Shown here: positions 12,919-25,610 of the stretch, in pieces | How positions within the stretch are numbered: position 1 is the stretch's first letter | How the letters are laid out: the number at the start of each line of letters is the position of its first letter | Program-made: the position numbers and the translations under genes | NCBI GenBank assembly: GCA_951406725.2 | Contig: OX597819.1 | Span: 80,786,001 to 80,850,000 of the forward strand | Reading direction: 5' to 3' | Source: Octopus vulgaris | Taxonomy: Eukaryota | DNA length: 64,000 nucleotides | The notes under the pieces: model-generated | Databases searched by the model: none | What the model was told of the DNA's origin: nothing | Seen by the model: the letters and a program-made list of their open reading frames with translations, nothing else

Positions 12919-14747
12919 GTAAATGTTATTTGTTAAATTTCATTAGGGAGAGAATTAGTGTAGATGAGATGCAGTTTGGATTTGTGCCAGGCAGGAGCAC
13001 AACTGATGCTATATTTCTGGTTAGGCAATTTCAGGAGAAATATCTTGCCAAAAATGATCCCTGTACCTGGCTTTTGTTGACATGGAGAAAGCCTTTAACA
13101 GAGTCCCCCACTCCCTTATCTGGTGGTCAATATGGAAGCTAGGGATAAATGAGTGGTTGGTGAGAGTTGAACAAGCTGTGTACAGGGATGCTGTCAGTAA
13201 GGTGAAGGCTAGCAATGTGTATAGCAATGAATCTAGGGTACAGGTAGGTGTTCACCAAGGATCAGTCCTCTTGTTCATCATAATCCTCCAGGCAATAACA
13301 GAGATGGGCTGCTCCTGGGAACCCCTCTATGCTGACAACCTTCTTAAAGCTGAATCCCTACCAGAAATAAAGAAGAAATTTCAGACATAGAAGCAAGGTC
13401 TAGAATCAAAGGGCCTTAGAGTCGATCTAGCAAAAACCAAGACCTTAATAAGTAAGAGAGCAGACAAATCACAAATCCCTTCTGGTAGATGGCCCTGCTC
13501 AATCTGTAGAAAAGGTATTGGTAGAAACTCTATAAGATGTACCCAGTATAAGCTATGGACATGTAAGAGGTACAGCAATATCAGAGGAAGGTTAACAGGG
13601 AAAACAGTTTTTGTGTGTGGAAAGTGCACAGGTACAATAAACACTAAAAATATACAGAAAATAGACTCCATCACATGCCAGTGGGGAAAACTGGAAGTAG
13701 ACAATAGCTTCTGTTACTTGGGTGACCAAGTCAGTTGCAGGGGTGGATGCTCTGAGAGCATAGCTGTTCGAATAAGAAGAGGCTAGGCAAAATTCAGAGA
13801 GCTCCTACTTCTGCTGGTAACAAAAGGTCTTTCTCTCACAGTGAAAGGCAGATTGTATAATGCCTGCGTGTGAACAGCCATACTACACGACTGTGAAGTA
13901 TGGGCTGTAACAGCTGAGGACATTTGTAGGCTTACAAGAAATGAAGGTAGTATGCTTCACTGGATGTGTAATGTCAATGTGCATGCACGGCAGAATGTAA
14001 GCATCCTGAGATAAAAGTTGGGCATAGGATGCATCAGATGTGGTGTGCAAGAGAGATGACTGCACTGCTTTGGTCATGTGATCCATATGGGAAAAGACAG
14101 CTGTATGAAGAAGTGCCACACTCTCTAATAGTGGCAGGAACCTGTGGAAAAGGTAGACCCAGGAAAACACAGGATGAAGTGGTTAAGCATAATCTTTGAA
14201 TATTGGGTCTCACAGAGCCAATGGCAAGTGACTGAGACCTTTTGCAATATATTGTGCTGAGAAGAACTGTCAAGCCAAGTGAGATTGTTGTCATGGCCAA
14301 TGCCACTGTCGTATAACTAGCATATGAAAAGCACCCTTCAAACGTTGGGCAACATGCTGTGCTTGAGAAGAACCATCAAGCCAAGTGAAATCATAATCAT
14401 AGCTGAAGCCAGTTCTGTCTGACTGGCACCAATGCCAGTGACATGTAAAAAGTACTGTTTAACTGTTAGGCCTCATGGAGGCAGTGACAGGTGACTGAAA
14501 CCTTAGGCAATATACTGTTCTCGTAAAGACCTGTCAAGCCAAGTGAGTTTGTAGCCATGGACAATGCACAGTGTCATGTCAGTGGCACATAAAAATCCCC
14601 CACTACACTCTTGGAGTGGTTGGCATTAGGAAGGGCATCCAACTGTAGAAACCATGCCAAATCAGAGTGGAACCTGGTGCAGCTCTTCAGCTCACCGTCT
14701 AACCCCTACCAGCATGGAAAGCAGATGTTAAATGATGATGATGATGA
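12919..14747 (+). mobile_element. 5'-truncated, decayed RTE-clade LINE (RT, Cys-finger insertion, C-terminus, 3' UTR)
   Basis: MQFGFVPGRSTTDAIFLVRQ, DMEKAFNRVP, GVHQGSVL, LYADNL, FCYLGD; stops and frameshifts; (GAT)n tail. Confidence 0.9.
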
Positions 14748-15289
14748 TCTCTGTAGAATCGTTTTTCATTTTCTCTATCTTTCCACTTCATGCCAGCTGG
14801 TACAGAAGGCTTCTACTCTCTCACCCTGCTCTCTCTCTCTCACCTCCCTTTCTCTCTCTCACTCCCTGTCTCTCTCTCACCCCCTCTCTCTTTCATAGCC
14901 TTCTTTCTCTCTCTCTCACCCCTTCTATATCTCACCCCCATTCCTTCTCCTTCCAGTTTAGGAATGATTGCCTTTCCTAGATGCCATAGATTTTTCTAAG
15001 TGTTTGAAGTTTCTTTAATCTGAAGTTTTTTCTGGGATCAGATAACACAACCAATACCCAGTCCTCTCTTAATTAATAGGAGTGCTGTATACAGATTTGA
15101 AACTTGGGTTTCCTTCTCTTATCAAGTTTTATGACACCTCCATCTAACCAATGTAGTCTGTAACTCCTCACAAAACAGGATGCTGAAAACTAGCCTTAAC
15201 ATCACATGAGTCATTTGCACATGTGTCACATCAATCATGGCCTAAGTTGTTGGCTACTCTGCTCTGTCCTGAAGGTACACCCATATTAA

Positions 15290-15509
15290 CCTTTTAGCAT
15301 TTAAACCGGCCATATCTGGCCAAAATATTCTACATGTTTTATGTTCAAATTGGCCAAATCCAGTTTCTAACAGCTCTCATACGATGTCATACTAAAAGCA
15401 AACAATCACTTCATTGAAATCTCAAAGTGACAAGACAATGCATGATTAATTCAAAAGAATGTGAAGAAATAAATATTATATTTAACAGAATAATCTGAAT
15501 GCTAAAGGG
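15290..15509. mobile_element. piggyBac-like MITE
   Basis: TTAA|CCTTTTAGCATT...AATGCTAAAGGG|TTAA (TTAA TSD plus short TIR). Confidence 0.75.
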
Positions 15510-15728
15510 TTAAGGTTATACGGATGTGTGACTACAGAGTTCACTCCAGCCTAGGGATGCACTGAGTACCTTAAACTAGAAGACTTTGGCAGAGCTTTTT
15601 CATTTTACTAAAGTTTTTTTAATAATTTTTGTTTTGTTTTCTTTTGTAATTCTATGACTGATTAGTTTTACATAATTACTTATCAGTTTATTATTCTATG
15701 CACTGCACTTTAAAGTTGAGCTATTTAT

Positions 15729-15993
15729 AATTGCAGCGTGGAAGGTGTTTGTAAGCCATTTAAGAAACACAAAAGCCGTTCGATTCACTTCCACATTTAA
15801 GTTTAATTTGTCAAAATATTTTCGTCGCTTTAAGACCGCGACCTGTTCACTGACAAAAATCCATGCCATTGAACAGGTCGTGGTCTTAAAGCGACGAAAA
15901 TATTTTGACAAATTAAACTTAAATGTTGAAGTGAATGGAACGGCTTTTGTGTGTTTCTTAAATGGCTTACAAACACCTTCCACACTGCAATTG
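15729..15993. mobile_element. fold-back element (inferred inverted Penelope-type pLTR pair) with a hammerhead motif in each arm
   Basis: About 122-bp arms that are near-perfect reverse complements around a spacer of about 20 nt. Confidence 0.8.
15807..15857 (-). ncRNA. minimal type I hammerhead ribozyme motif, G3-C8 variant
   Basis: UUUGUCA-GUGAACA-G-GUCGC(ggucuuaaa)GCGAC-GAAA-AUAU-UU-UGACAAA: 7-bp stem I, 5-bp stem II, palindromic stem III. Confidence 0.7.
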
Positions 15994-16077
15994 TTTTCGT
16001 TTCAGCACATGATCTCAGATCAAATCACTTGCTATGCAAGTACATCTCCGTATTTATAATTGTTATCTATTTATCAG

Positions 16078-16390
16078 ATCTACAACATTTGCGTACAGCT
16101 AGTATTAGTCTGGACGTTGGAGAAACATGGCCTGTTATTAATGTACGTGTGAACAGCAAATATGAAGAGGATGATGCTGCGCTGGAAGAAGAAAAGCCTG
16201 ATTTGCAGAGAAAAAATTCAAAACCTCAGAGTCCAAAAGATAACACAGATGAAAAACTACTAATTCAATTCAAAAATCGACCAGCTAGTATCAGCCAAGC
16301 AGAAGAAATTACTGCAAGTAAAATAAAGTCTTCAAATAAGAAAGTATACACTTCTGATTCTTCTGCTGAGGAGACAAGAGATACATCAAA
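16078..16390 (+). CDS. HPS4: HPS4 coding exon (disordered linker); donor position uncertain
   Basis: tttatcag| phase-1 start DLQHLRTASISLDVGETWPVINV...EETRDTS. Donor AA|gtagag is phase-compatible with acceptor 17429; alternative donors after 16317 or 16395. Confidence 0.75.
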
Positions 16391-16818
16391 GTAGAGTATG
16401 CCTTTCTGTTTTATTTATTTTCATTTATCATTATTTGTTCATTGCTATTTAATGTTTGGTTTTTCCAAGTTAGCATGGGTTGGGGTGGATAGTAACATAT
16501 TCCAGGTAGATTTTACTGCTGAAAGGTTTTTCTCATACCTGTCTGAATGATCTTCTATAGAACCTAGCTGATCAAAGAGTCTGCAGAAGTTCGCCATTAC
16601 CTTCTGCCAGAGCCACGTGGAACTTAGGTGTTTCGCTCATAAACACAAACATCACCCGGTCTGAGATTCGAACCTGCGATACCTCGACTGCGAGTCTGCT
16701 GCTCTAACCACTAGGCCATGTGCCTCCACATATGTATATATGTGTATGTAAAACAATTTTCGTTCGTAATGAGATAAAAAAACCAAGGCTGTGTAGATTT
16801 TAGATCATTTATAGATAG

Positions 16819-16866
16819 GTCTTACAGCTGTTTCCAGGATATTTATTATATCCCTTCATTGGAGAC
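16819..16866 (-). ncRNA. degenerate hammerhead motif (pLTR fragment)
   Basis: GUCU-CCAAUGA-AGGGAUAU(aauaa)AUAUCCUG-GAAA-CAGCUG-UA-AGAC; core mutated from CUGAUGA. Confidence 0.5.
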
Positions 16867-17096
16867 AGTGTGAGAGAATGATTAAGTAATAGTTGATTTA
16901 GATAAGATACAAAGAGAGTGAGGTGGAGGAAAGAAACTAGATGTGAGATATGTAGGGATATTGTATTTATAGATCCAAATTTTTTAGGCAGAATGGTTTA
17001 TGTATAAGATTCCAATACCTTATGAGTAAAATCCAATAGTATATAAAATTGGTCATTCTAAGTATAGAGTTTATACACAGTGTTATTGAATCAAGG

Positions 17097-17146
<50 letters not shown>

Positions 17147-17199
17147 CATATGTGCGTGTGTATATATATATATATTTACACATACATATGTATATATGC

Positions 17200-17232
<33 letters not shown>

Positions 17233-17428
17233 TATACATACATATGTATATATGTGTGTGTGTGTATGCATGTGTATATATATATATGTATATTTATTCT
17301 TATGTTTATATATATGTATGTATATGTGGGACTATTTTTGTCTGTGTATATGTATGCATTAGAAAGAATAGTTGTTTAATGATAATATATTTTTTTCTTT
17401 TCGTGTGAATGGTTTCTTTTCCATGTAG

Positions 17429-17681
17429 TGCCCTAGCTGCAGACGGTTGTTCATTAAATGATGAAAATGCCATGTATGGCTCCATGTTGTCCCTTTTGTC
17501 AAAGCAAAGTGGAAAGAACAGTATCAAACCAGCATTCGTTCCAAAGCCAAGTCTGCCTGAATGTTCTACTTGTATCGGAGATGAATGTGACTTGATTCTC
17601 TATGTGCAGAATAACTCTGAGAGCTCTTCTATGTTATTGATGGAGCCTTCTGTTTGTAACATGGAGATGATACAGACATTG
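17429..17681 (+). CDS. HPS4: HPS4 coding exon (start of third longin domain)
   Basis: ttttccatgtag|...TTG|gtaagt. ECDLILYVQNNSESSSMLLMEP, cf. HPS4 [21 protein letters not shown]. Alternative acceptors at 17437 and 17443. Confidence 0.85.
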
Positions 17682-18027
17682 GTAAGTATTGTTGTTTTTA
17701 TGTACGAATAACTAAGGTGTGTTTATGATAAATTTTTAGATGTGTCATTGTGACATTTATAAAATAACTGCATATGTGGTTGTTTTCTATCAGCTGTGTC
17801 AGTATTTATGCATGCAGGATGTAAATAGACTGAATGATACTGAAATGTGAGTGTACATGTTACATCTTGTCTAATTACTGAGACCCATACATAAACTATT
17901 TTTAAGAAAGCAAAACATCAACATATGATCATTGATCATGGTAGTAGGAATCAATAACTGCAAAGAATAAACACGAATAACTAATAGAAATGTAAAAATG
18001 GGCTGTGACAGAAAATATTATCCCCAT

Positions 18028-18490
18028 TGTTTAATGTCCGCTTTCCATGCTAGCATGGGTTGGATGATTTTGACTGAGGGCTGGTGAACCAGAAGGCTGC
18101 ACCAGGCTCTAATCTTGATCTGGCAGAGTTTCTACAGCTGGATACCCTTCATAATGCCAACCACTCCGAGAGTGTAGTGGGTGCTTTTTACATGCTACCC
18201 GCACGAGGGCCAGTCAGGCGGTACTGGCAACGACCTCGCTCGAATGATTTTACACATGTCACCGGCACAGGTGCCAGTAAGGTGATGCTGGTAACAATCA
18301 CACTCGAATAGTGCCTTTTACATGCCACCGGCATGGAAGCCAGTTAGCCGCTCTGGCAACGATCACGCTCAGATGGTGCTCTTGGCACCCTACTAGCACG
18401 GGCACAAGTGCCAGTAAGGCAACGCTGGTAACAATCACACTCAAATGGTGCCTTTTATGTGCCACTGGCACGGAAGCCAGTTAGCCACTT
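18028..18490 (-). mobile_element. RTE LINE 3' UTR fragment with several internal subrepeats
   Basis: Reverse complement of the 1451-1797 family. Confidence 0.8.
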
Positions 18491-19088
18491 GTATAATAAA
18501 TTGATGAGGAGTGTGCAGGAGATATATATATTACTGTTAGCTTCTAGAACAGTGATACTAAAGTTTAGATAGTTTGAATTGCCAAGTTGATAGGATACTG
18601 GGGAGTCAACTGTGACATTTATGTTTCTCTCCTGTGAGTGGCATAGCACTGTGACCTTCACTTATTGACTTGACTTTCTCCCTTGTTCTTGACTCTGGGC
18701 TGTCATTTTTGCATCTTTCCAGTTCAAGCCCTGCTTCAGTATCCCCACCTCCATCTAGTTTTGGGGTGTCCTCTCTTGCTATGTGGGTTCCAGGTCAGAG
18801 CCTGAAATATATTTTCCAAAGGGTACGGAATCCCTCTCCTAGGTCTTGTTGTTCTATAACTTCACTGTTTTCTAGATAGGAGTGTTGACTCTAATGAACA
18901 CCATTTTCTACCCCTGAGAAAATGTCCCAATTTTGTCTGGCCTCTATTCTTTGACCTGTCCAGCATGCGAGGCTTTAGCAGGAGCTTGCACTCTAGTGGC
19001 GTAGCTCTTAGGTTCATTGAAACACACAAGGATGACACTATCACAAGGACTGGACTATGTGTTAGGTCTAAGGTGTGATAATACAGTA

Positions 19089-19338
19089 CTAGGTGTGATC
19101 ATAAAGTATCGTGTCTGGTACTATAAAAAGAAAACTACAATATTAATTCAGCATTCAATCTCTTTTGAAGTAGTCTTCTTCTGAAGAGACACACTTTTCC
19201 CAGCATCATTTCCATTGATGGAAGCATTCCTGGAACTCCAGTTTCTGGGATAGGAAGCAGCTGCCTCATTGCATTCTTTTGGATTTCTTCAATGTCTTGA
19301 AATCTTGTTCTTTTCAAGTGGTATTTGATTTTTGGAAA
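19089..19338 (-). mobile_element. mariner transposase C-terminal relic
   Basis: LKRTRFQDIEEIQKNAMRQLLPIPE...CFHQWK*CWEKCVSSEEDYF. Confidence 0.7.
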
Positions 19339-19398
19339 GATTCTTGGTCATAATAATCAAGCCATGTCTTTTTCCATGAACACACACACACACACTCG

Positions 19399-19434
<36 letters not shown>

Positions 19435-19504
19435 TATGTATTATTATTATATATATATAAAATCCTTTGTATCATTTGACAGAGTAAGTTATAAATAGTT
19501 TCAC

Positions 19505-19547
<43 letters not shown>

Positions 19548-19815
19548 TATATAATTAGGCTTCAGTAAAATAATTTACTTTACCACACACCAAACTTTTA
19601 GAAATAGCAGCCAAAAAATCTTAGCTATTTCTTATACTATAAGAAAAATCTCCCAGACAATGCATACTCAAAAATAATTCACACAGTTATAGAGGGAAAA
19701 ATAACGAAAGATCACATGTACATAAGATCTTATGTACGTGTGATCTTTTGGCTGCTATTTCTAAAAGTTTGGTGTGTGGTAAAGTAAATTATTTTACTGA
19801 ACCCTAATTATATAA
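19548..19815. repeat. asymmetric fold-back element
   Basis: About 70-bp inverted repeats (19548-19617 vs 19746-19815) plus a 42-bp internal palindrome at 19707-19748. Confidence 0.75.
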
Positions 19816-20290
19816 CATAATGTTTTAAATATACCGTAAATGGTCTTTTTACATACTGAACACTACTTGGTAAAATTAATTAATAATTAATTAATTTTAC
19901 CCTTTTATTATTGATTATATATATATATATATGTATACACATGTATGTATGTTCCTTATGCATTCCAAAAATGAGTTGCTGATTTTGATGTTTGGGGTAT
20001 CAAAAGATTCAGTAAGATTTCAGCTACCAACTAAACTATATTTTCATTCACATATTTGCATTACAAAAATTGGACATTATCATTTTTCGTTTAGTCACCT
20101 ATTGTAAATGACATCTTTTACCACCACCACCACAATAACAATGATGCCACATTTTCTTATATGATTGTGTTTACGTGTTCATTATGTAGGCTAGGCCATC
20201 ATCAATGTTCATTAATTTCCATAATTTTTTAAATTTTATTTACTTTTGTTTTAAAGTGAAAGTGAAAGATGTATGTATATGTATATATGT

Positions 20291-20380
20291 ATGTTGTCAT
20301 GTATACGTATGTTGTCATGTATACCTATGTTGTCATGTATACATATGTTGTCATGTATACATACGTTGTCATGTATACAT
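20291..20380. repeat. 18-bp minisatellite, 5 copies
   Basis: Unit atgttgtcatgtatacNt. Confidence 0.85.
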
Positions 20381-22366
20381 ACATATGCATACATCTTTTT
20401 TGTAGGTGCATGTGTGTGTGTGATTGAGTGAGTGAATGTGTGTGTCCTCATGTATGTATAAGTGGCACTCACTCTCTTTCAAACATACACACACATCTAT
20501 TTCATATACATGTTCATACATCTTTCACTTTCTCCTATCTTTCACTTTAAATCAAAAATAAATAAATAAAAATAATTTACAGAAATTAACAAACAAAACA
20601 GCTGAACCGGATGACAGTTTGTTGACAACTTTGAGAGTTATGACAAAGCATAGCCGCTTCTACTTAATAAACCATGTTTTTCACTCAACAACTCTTTTTT
20701 TACAACTAAAATAACCTCAGCAACTATGTGGGTCACACAATTTTGAGGTCATTATCGCACAATATTTCAATTTGATTTTAATGTTTCACTCACGAATGAT
20801 GTTTCATGCATGCGTAGAATTCTAGTCAGACAAACATTTATAAACATGTACACATAAATATTGTATTAAAATAACCCATAATTTAATTGCATTAAAAGAC
20901 ATCTGTTTCTCTATATGTTATGAGAAAATATAGTCTCTCTCTCTCTCTCTCACACAAAAAAGATGTTGGCATATGTTTAAAGTTAGGGTTACACCAAAAA
21001 CAGGTGCTGCCTATTTATGCATATGTATATGAAAGATAATGTGTGTATGTGTGTGTGAGAAAGAAAGAAAGAAAGAAAGAGTGAGTGCCACTTACACATA
21101 CATGCAAAAAAATTCTTACATCATAGCACACACCTTCACTCACTCTCTTCTTCTCTCTCTCTCTCTCTTCTTCTCTCTCTCTCTCTCCTGTCCATTTCAT
21201 ATACACGTACATCTTTCAATTTCTCTTCTCTTTTACTCTCTCCTATCACTTCAAAGCAAATGTTGCCTTTTCATTTTATCCTCTCTTTCAATTTCTGCTC
21301 TCTTCAAAGCATAAAGAAATTTCAAAGAATTTACGGAAATTAAAATGAACAATCGTATAATCCCATAAATGTTGAGCTGATGACTTTGGTTCTTCAAATG
21401 AAAGAATGCCATAAAATAACTTCCTTTGACACACACATGCACACAAACACATACACACACTCTAACTAAAACCTCTGTATGAATTATGTTATTTCTTGCA
21501 GTGTGCACATGCAAATTTAAAGCTCAAGTCCAATTAAAATTATCTTTTTCTACTATGTAATTTGTGTTTGCGATGAATGTATTTAAAAACCTGACCTTCG
21601 ATATAAGCTTAAAAGAAAGTTTTCCCAGAAATCCTGTCCTTTACCTCTTCTTTCTAGCATGTTCAAGGTGACATTTCCACTTCCCCACTATATTTTTTCC
21701 TTAAATTTCTTCCGATTCCTATGTTTGTGATACAGGACACCCACAAAACACATTCACAATATTTTAATTTTCTCCCTCTCCACACCAAATTCATTTTTTT
21801 ACTTTTTCCAAATATTTTTTTCTTCATGGAGAAAACACAGAGAGTACGAATCTTTAAGAATTTTCCTCATCACCTCACCACTTTCAAAAAGCTACACACT
21901 TCCAATGTTTCACTTTCAGCTTTTTTGAAAGCGGGGGAAGTTTCTTCAAAAATAATGTTGTTTACCTGTGGTTTCTAGCATGTCGTGTTTTCTGTTGGTA
22001 GTCTAGTATTTTTTTAAGCCTGCTATTTCAGTAGAATTCTACGCATGTGGGAAACATCAGACTAAAGTGAATGCAAGTAGGTGATCGGTGAGCAAGGTGG
22101 TGGAAGGGGTATTGAGCGTTTCTTTAAGAAAAATTCAACTATAAAAAGTATATCTATTTCCCAGATCCGTAATCTCTGTATTCCATTATTCCATTAACTA
22201 TATATCAGTGGTGCCAATTCTGCCCATAAGAAAGGAGCAAATAATACAATGTGCCTGTAGGTCATGACACCTGGGCAATGCCAGGATGCATCATTTATAT
22301 ATATATAAAATGTGTGTGTGTGTATGTATGAATATATGCATATATTTGTACATACGTGTATGTATA

Positions 22367-22415
<49 letters not shown>

Positions 22416-23748
22416 TAGCTGAAGGTGACCCGCTCTACGCGCGGGTAAGAGTGTGGGTGTTACTTTCTGTTGCTTCCTTTCAGCACGTAAAAAGCACCAT
22501 CCGAACGTGGCCGATTGCAGCACCGCCTTGACTTGCTTCTGTGCTGGTGGCACGTAAAAAGCACCAACCGATCGTTGCCACTGCGAGCTCCCCTGGCACC
22601 AGTGCCGTCGGCACGAAAAAAGCACTCACTACACTCACAGTGTGGTTGGCGTTAGAAAGGTCATCCACCTGTAGAAACACTGCCAGATCAGACTGGAGCC
22701 TGGTGCAGCCTCCTGGCTTCCGAGACCCGGTCACACTGCCCAACCCGTATTTGTTTCTCTCCGTATTTGTTTCTCTCTCCTTTCTCTCTCACTTTCCCAC
22801 TCTCTTACTTTTCTTTTCTCTCTGACTCTCCCTCGCTTTCTCTTACTCTCTATCTTTATCTATCTCTCTCCCATTTATAAACAACAGAAGATCTTGAGTA
22901 AGTTGAGAAATAAAATATTTAGAAAGATCAATCAGAAATATGAGGCAGTGGCAATGGAAAGGTCTGCTTCAAGGCAGACAGCAAAACGCTAACATTGAAA
23001 AGGGACAGACGAACTTGCGAGCTGAATAAAAATAATAAAATATTGGAAACCAAAGTTTGAAGGGATAGAATCTGAGGATAGTAGAGTCACCATGGCTGGC
23101 ATTTGTTAACGACGGACAGCAACGTAGTGACAGTTTAACGGCTGGCGTAAAATTTTGAACTTGATGTAAAAGAAAATTCGTAAACACCAATTTTTGAAGT
23201 GATTCTTTCTCACGACAGTAGACTCACCATGGCAAGCATTCAAAACTTCTTTATCATGGACAGCAACACATTGACGATTAAAAGGCTGGCGCAAATTTTT
23301 TAGCTTGATGCAACAGAGAATTCCTAAACACCCGCTCTTTGAAATTTTAATCCCCTTCCAGCCCCATTTAGACCCCTTTTCACATTTTGGTTAATATAAC
23401 CCGATTTAATTCGGGTGTACTGGGGCCACATTTTATAAGATGAGGAATTTTGTCCTAGAGGTGACGCCTTTCATTTGAGGAACAAAATAGTTGTGATGCA
23501 AACTTGTCAGCACCTTTAATATAGGTGTGCATATTTTCAGGTGAATCGACCGACTACGTAATGCACACATATATATATGTGTATATATATATATGTGTGT
23601 GTGTGCACGCATTATATATACAAATGTATACAAATGAGATATATATCTGTATAAATTAAATTAGAGATAAAACCACTAATAGGCAAATCAAACAGTGAAA
23701 AACCAAAAACAAAAACATAAAAAAAGAAAATATAACATAGAAAATATA

Positions 23749-24660
23749 TCTATATATATAAAACTGTAGTTGTGTGAGTGTCTGTCACCCTCGATTTAGA
23801 TTCCTAACTACTCCCAAATTTTGCGGTGCAGTTTAACCAAATTCGGGTATCTTATAGTCGTGATTCATATCGAGCCCGTCTGGGTATTAGCGCGCGTCTA
23901 CGATGAGTGTACGATTTTAAAAATAATTTAACATCATTTTTTATTCCATTTTAATGCATATTTTTTCGTGTGTCGATGGCGGCGGAGTTGGCGTCCACGC
24001 TCACGCCTGCACCTGTGTTGCTTCTCCCCCTTCTTCCCTCCCTCGTGAAGCTGTGGGGAAGGGAGTGTAAGGAAATCAACGTCGTAATGCGTTGTGAAGG
24101 AGACCAGCGTTCTTTTAGAACAACGACTTCATGGCTTGAAGTCGCCAAAACAGAAATCGCTAAAAAAGCTGAAACAGATCCACAAAATGGCAAAAACCGC
24201 CACAGGGCAGGTTTCCTGTGCAAACAATTTGCACAACCGAATGTTTTAGTTGTTGCACAAATCTTTATATATAAAAGTAAGGTTGTGTGTCTGTCTGCTA
24301 CGATTTAGATTCCTAACTACTCCCACATTTTGCGGTGCAGTGTAACCAAAACCGGGTATCTTATAGTCGTGATTCATATCGATCCCTTCTGGGTATTAAC
24401 GCGCGTCTACGATGAGTCTACGATTCTTAAAAAAATTTACCATCATTTTTTATTCCATTTTAATGCATTTTTCGCTATTATATAAGGGAAGTAACTCTCT
24501 AAAAATGTCTACGATGAGTCAACGATTAAAAAAAAAATTACCATCATTTTTTTATTCCATTTTAATGCATTTTTTGCTATTTTTTTTGCTATAACTCACT
24601 AAAAATGCTTATATAGTTATTTCCCTTACAAACCCGAGCAACGCCGGGCGATACTGCTAG
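23749..24660 (+). mobile_element. nested composite Helitron (two 5' ends, one 3' end)
   Basis: A|TCTATATATATAAAACTG at 23749; second TCTTTATATATAAAAG at 24262; hairpin CCCGagcaacgcCGGG then CTAG|T at 24660. Confidence 0.8.
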
Positions 24661-24850
24661 TAAAATATAAAATTGAAAACTTTAAATTATTTAAATTGAA
24701 AATAAAAATTATGAAATTATATTTATAATTTGTTTAAAAATATATATAACTATGAAAAAGTATGAAAAAGTTTAACATACATAAATACAGATATATACAC
24801 TTTGTATATTTACATTATATATACATATTTATATATAGAACACACACACA

Positions 24851-24961
24851 TCATCATCATCATTGTTCGACCGTGGTCGAGACAATGGAATTTACCATGT
24901 TGCGCCAGACTTCACGGTCCATCATAGCATTACGGAGGTCCTGTTGCTGGATGCCTGTATC
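24851..24961 (-). mobile_element. short 3' end of a second RTE-like LINE, present only in Helitron copy 1
   Basis: Minus strand DTGIQQQDLRNAMMDREVWRNMVNSIVSTTVEQ* followed by a (TGA)n tail. Confidence 0.7.
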
Positions 24962-25610
24962 CACACACACATACATTATATATACATATTTATATATAGA
25001 ACACACACACACACACACACATACATTATATATACATATTTATATATAGAACACACACACACACATACATTATATATACATATTTATATATAGAACACAC
25101 ACACACACATACATTATATATACATATTTATATATAGAACACACACACACATACATTATATATACATATATATATAGAACACACACACACACACACATAT
25201 AAATGAACGCAAGAATATCTGATTCATAATATTTGTTCTCATGCTCGTGTGTTGATTGTTGGTGACAGACATATACTTCAAAGAACGCCGCCGAAGTGAT
25301 AGGAAGGTAGGAAACAGAGTCAGTGAAAAAGAAAGGAAATAGCGATAGTGACAGATACTTTAAATAACCGTAGTGGCATTCTGAAAGTTATAAATGAAGA
25401 GGAGTGACAGAGTACTGGAGGAAATAGGGTGAGGTAGGAAGATGGCCCCTAGAAACCACAGCTTTTAAGATAGGGATTTCTAAGGTAGCCCACGCGCATC
25501 GTCACCTCATTCTACATGTCCGTGTAAATTTTGGAGCGAATCGGACGGGATGTAGTGGCATTGAAAGCGAACCAAGCGGTAAAAAGGCATTTCAGTTTTA
25601 TATATAGAGA

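Larger units (their letters stand above)
22415..25610 (-). mobile_element. non-autonomous Helitron, copy 1 of a tandem dimer
   Basis: On the minus strand: 5' TCTCTATATATAAAAC at 25610; 3' hairpin ACCCGC(gcgtaga)GCGGGT then CTAG at 22418-22415, followed by T; no TSD. Confidence 0.85.

Noticed and set aside
15696-16059. Mirror-image ORFs on both strands with similar peptides
   Set aside because: A consequence of the DNA palindrome; only 16078 onward is exon.
16967-17408. ORFs rich in YI/CV/HT repeats (also 36-435, 11485-11738, 29293-29652, 60548-60983, 61887-62334)
   Set aside because: Translations of TA/TG/CA microsatellites, not genes.
23951-24308. Duplicated 112-aa ORF as a Helitron-captured gene
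   Set aside because: Non-ATG start, runs through the second Helitron 5' terminus, no RepHel or host motif recognised.
24810-25200. Regularly spaced ~42-bp repeats resembling a CRISPR array
   Set aside because: No unique spacers, no cas genes, eukaryotic context; a TA/CA-derived minisatellite.
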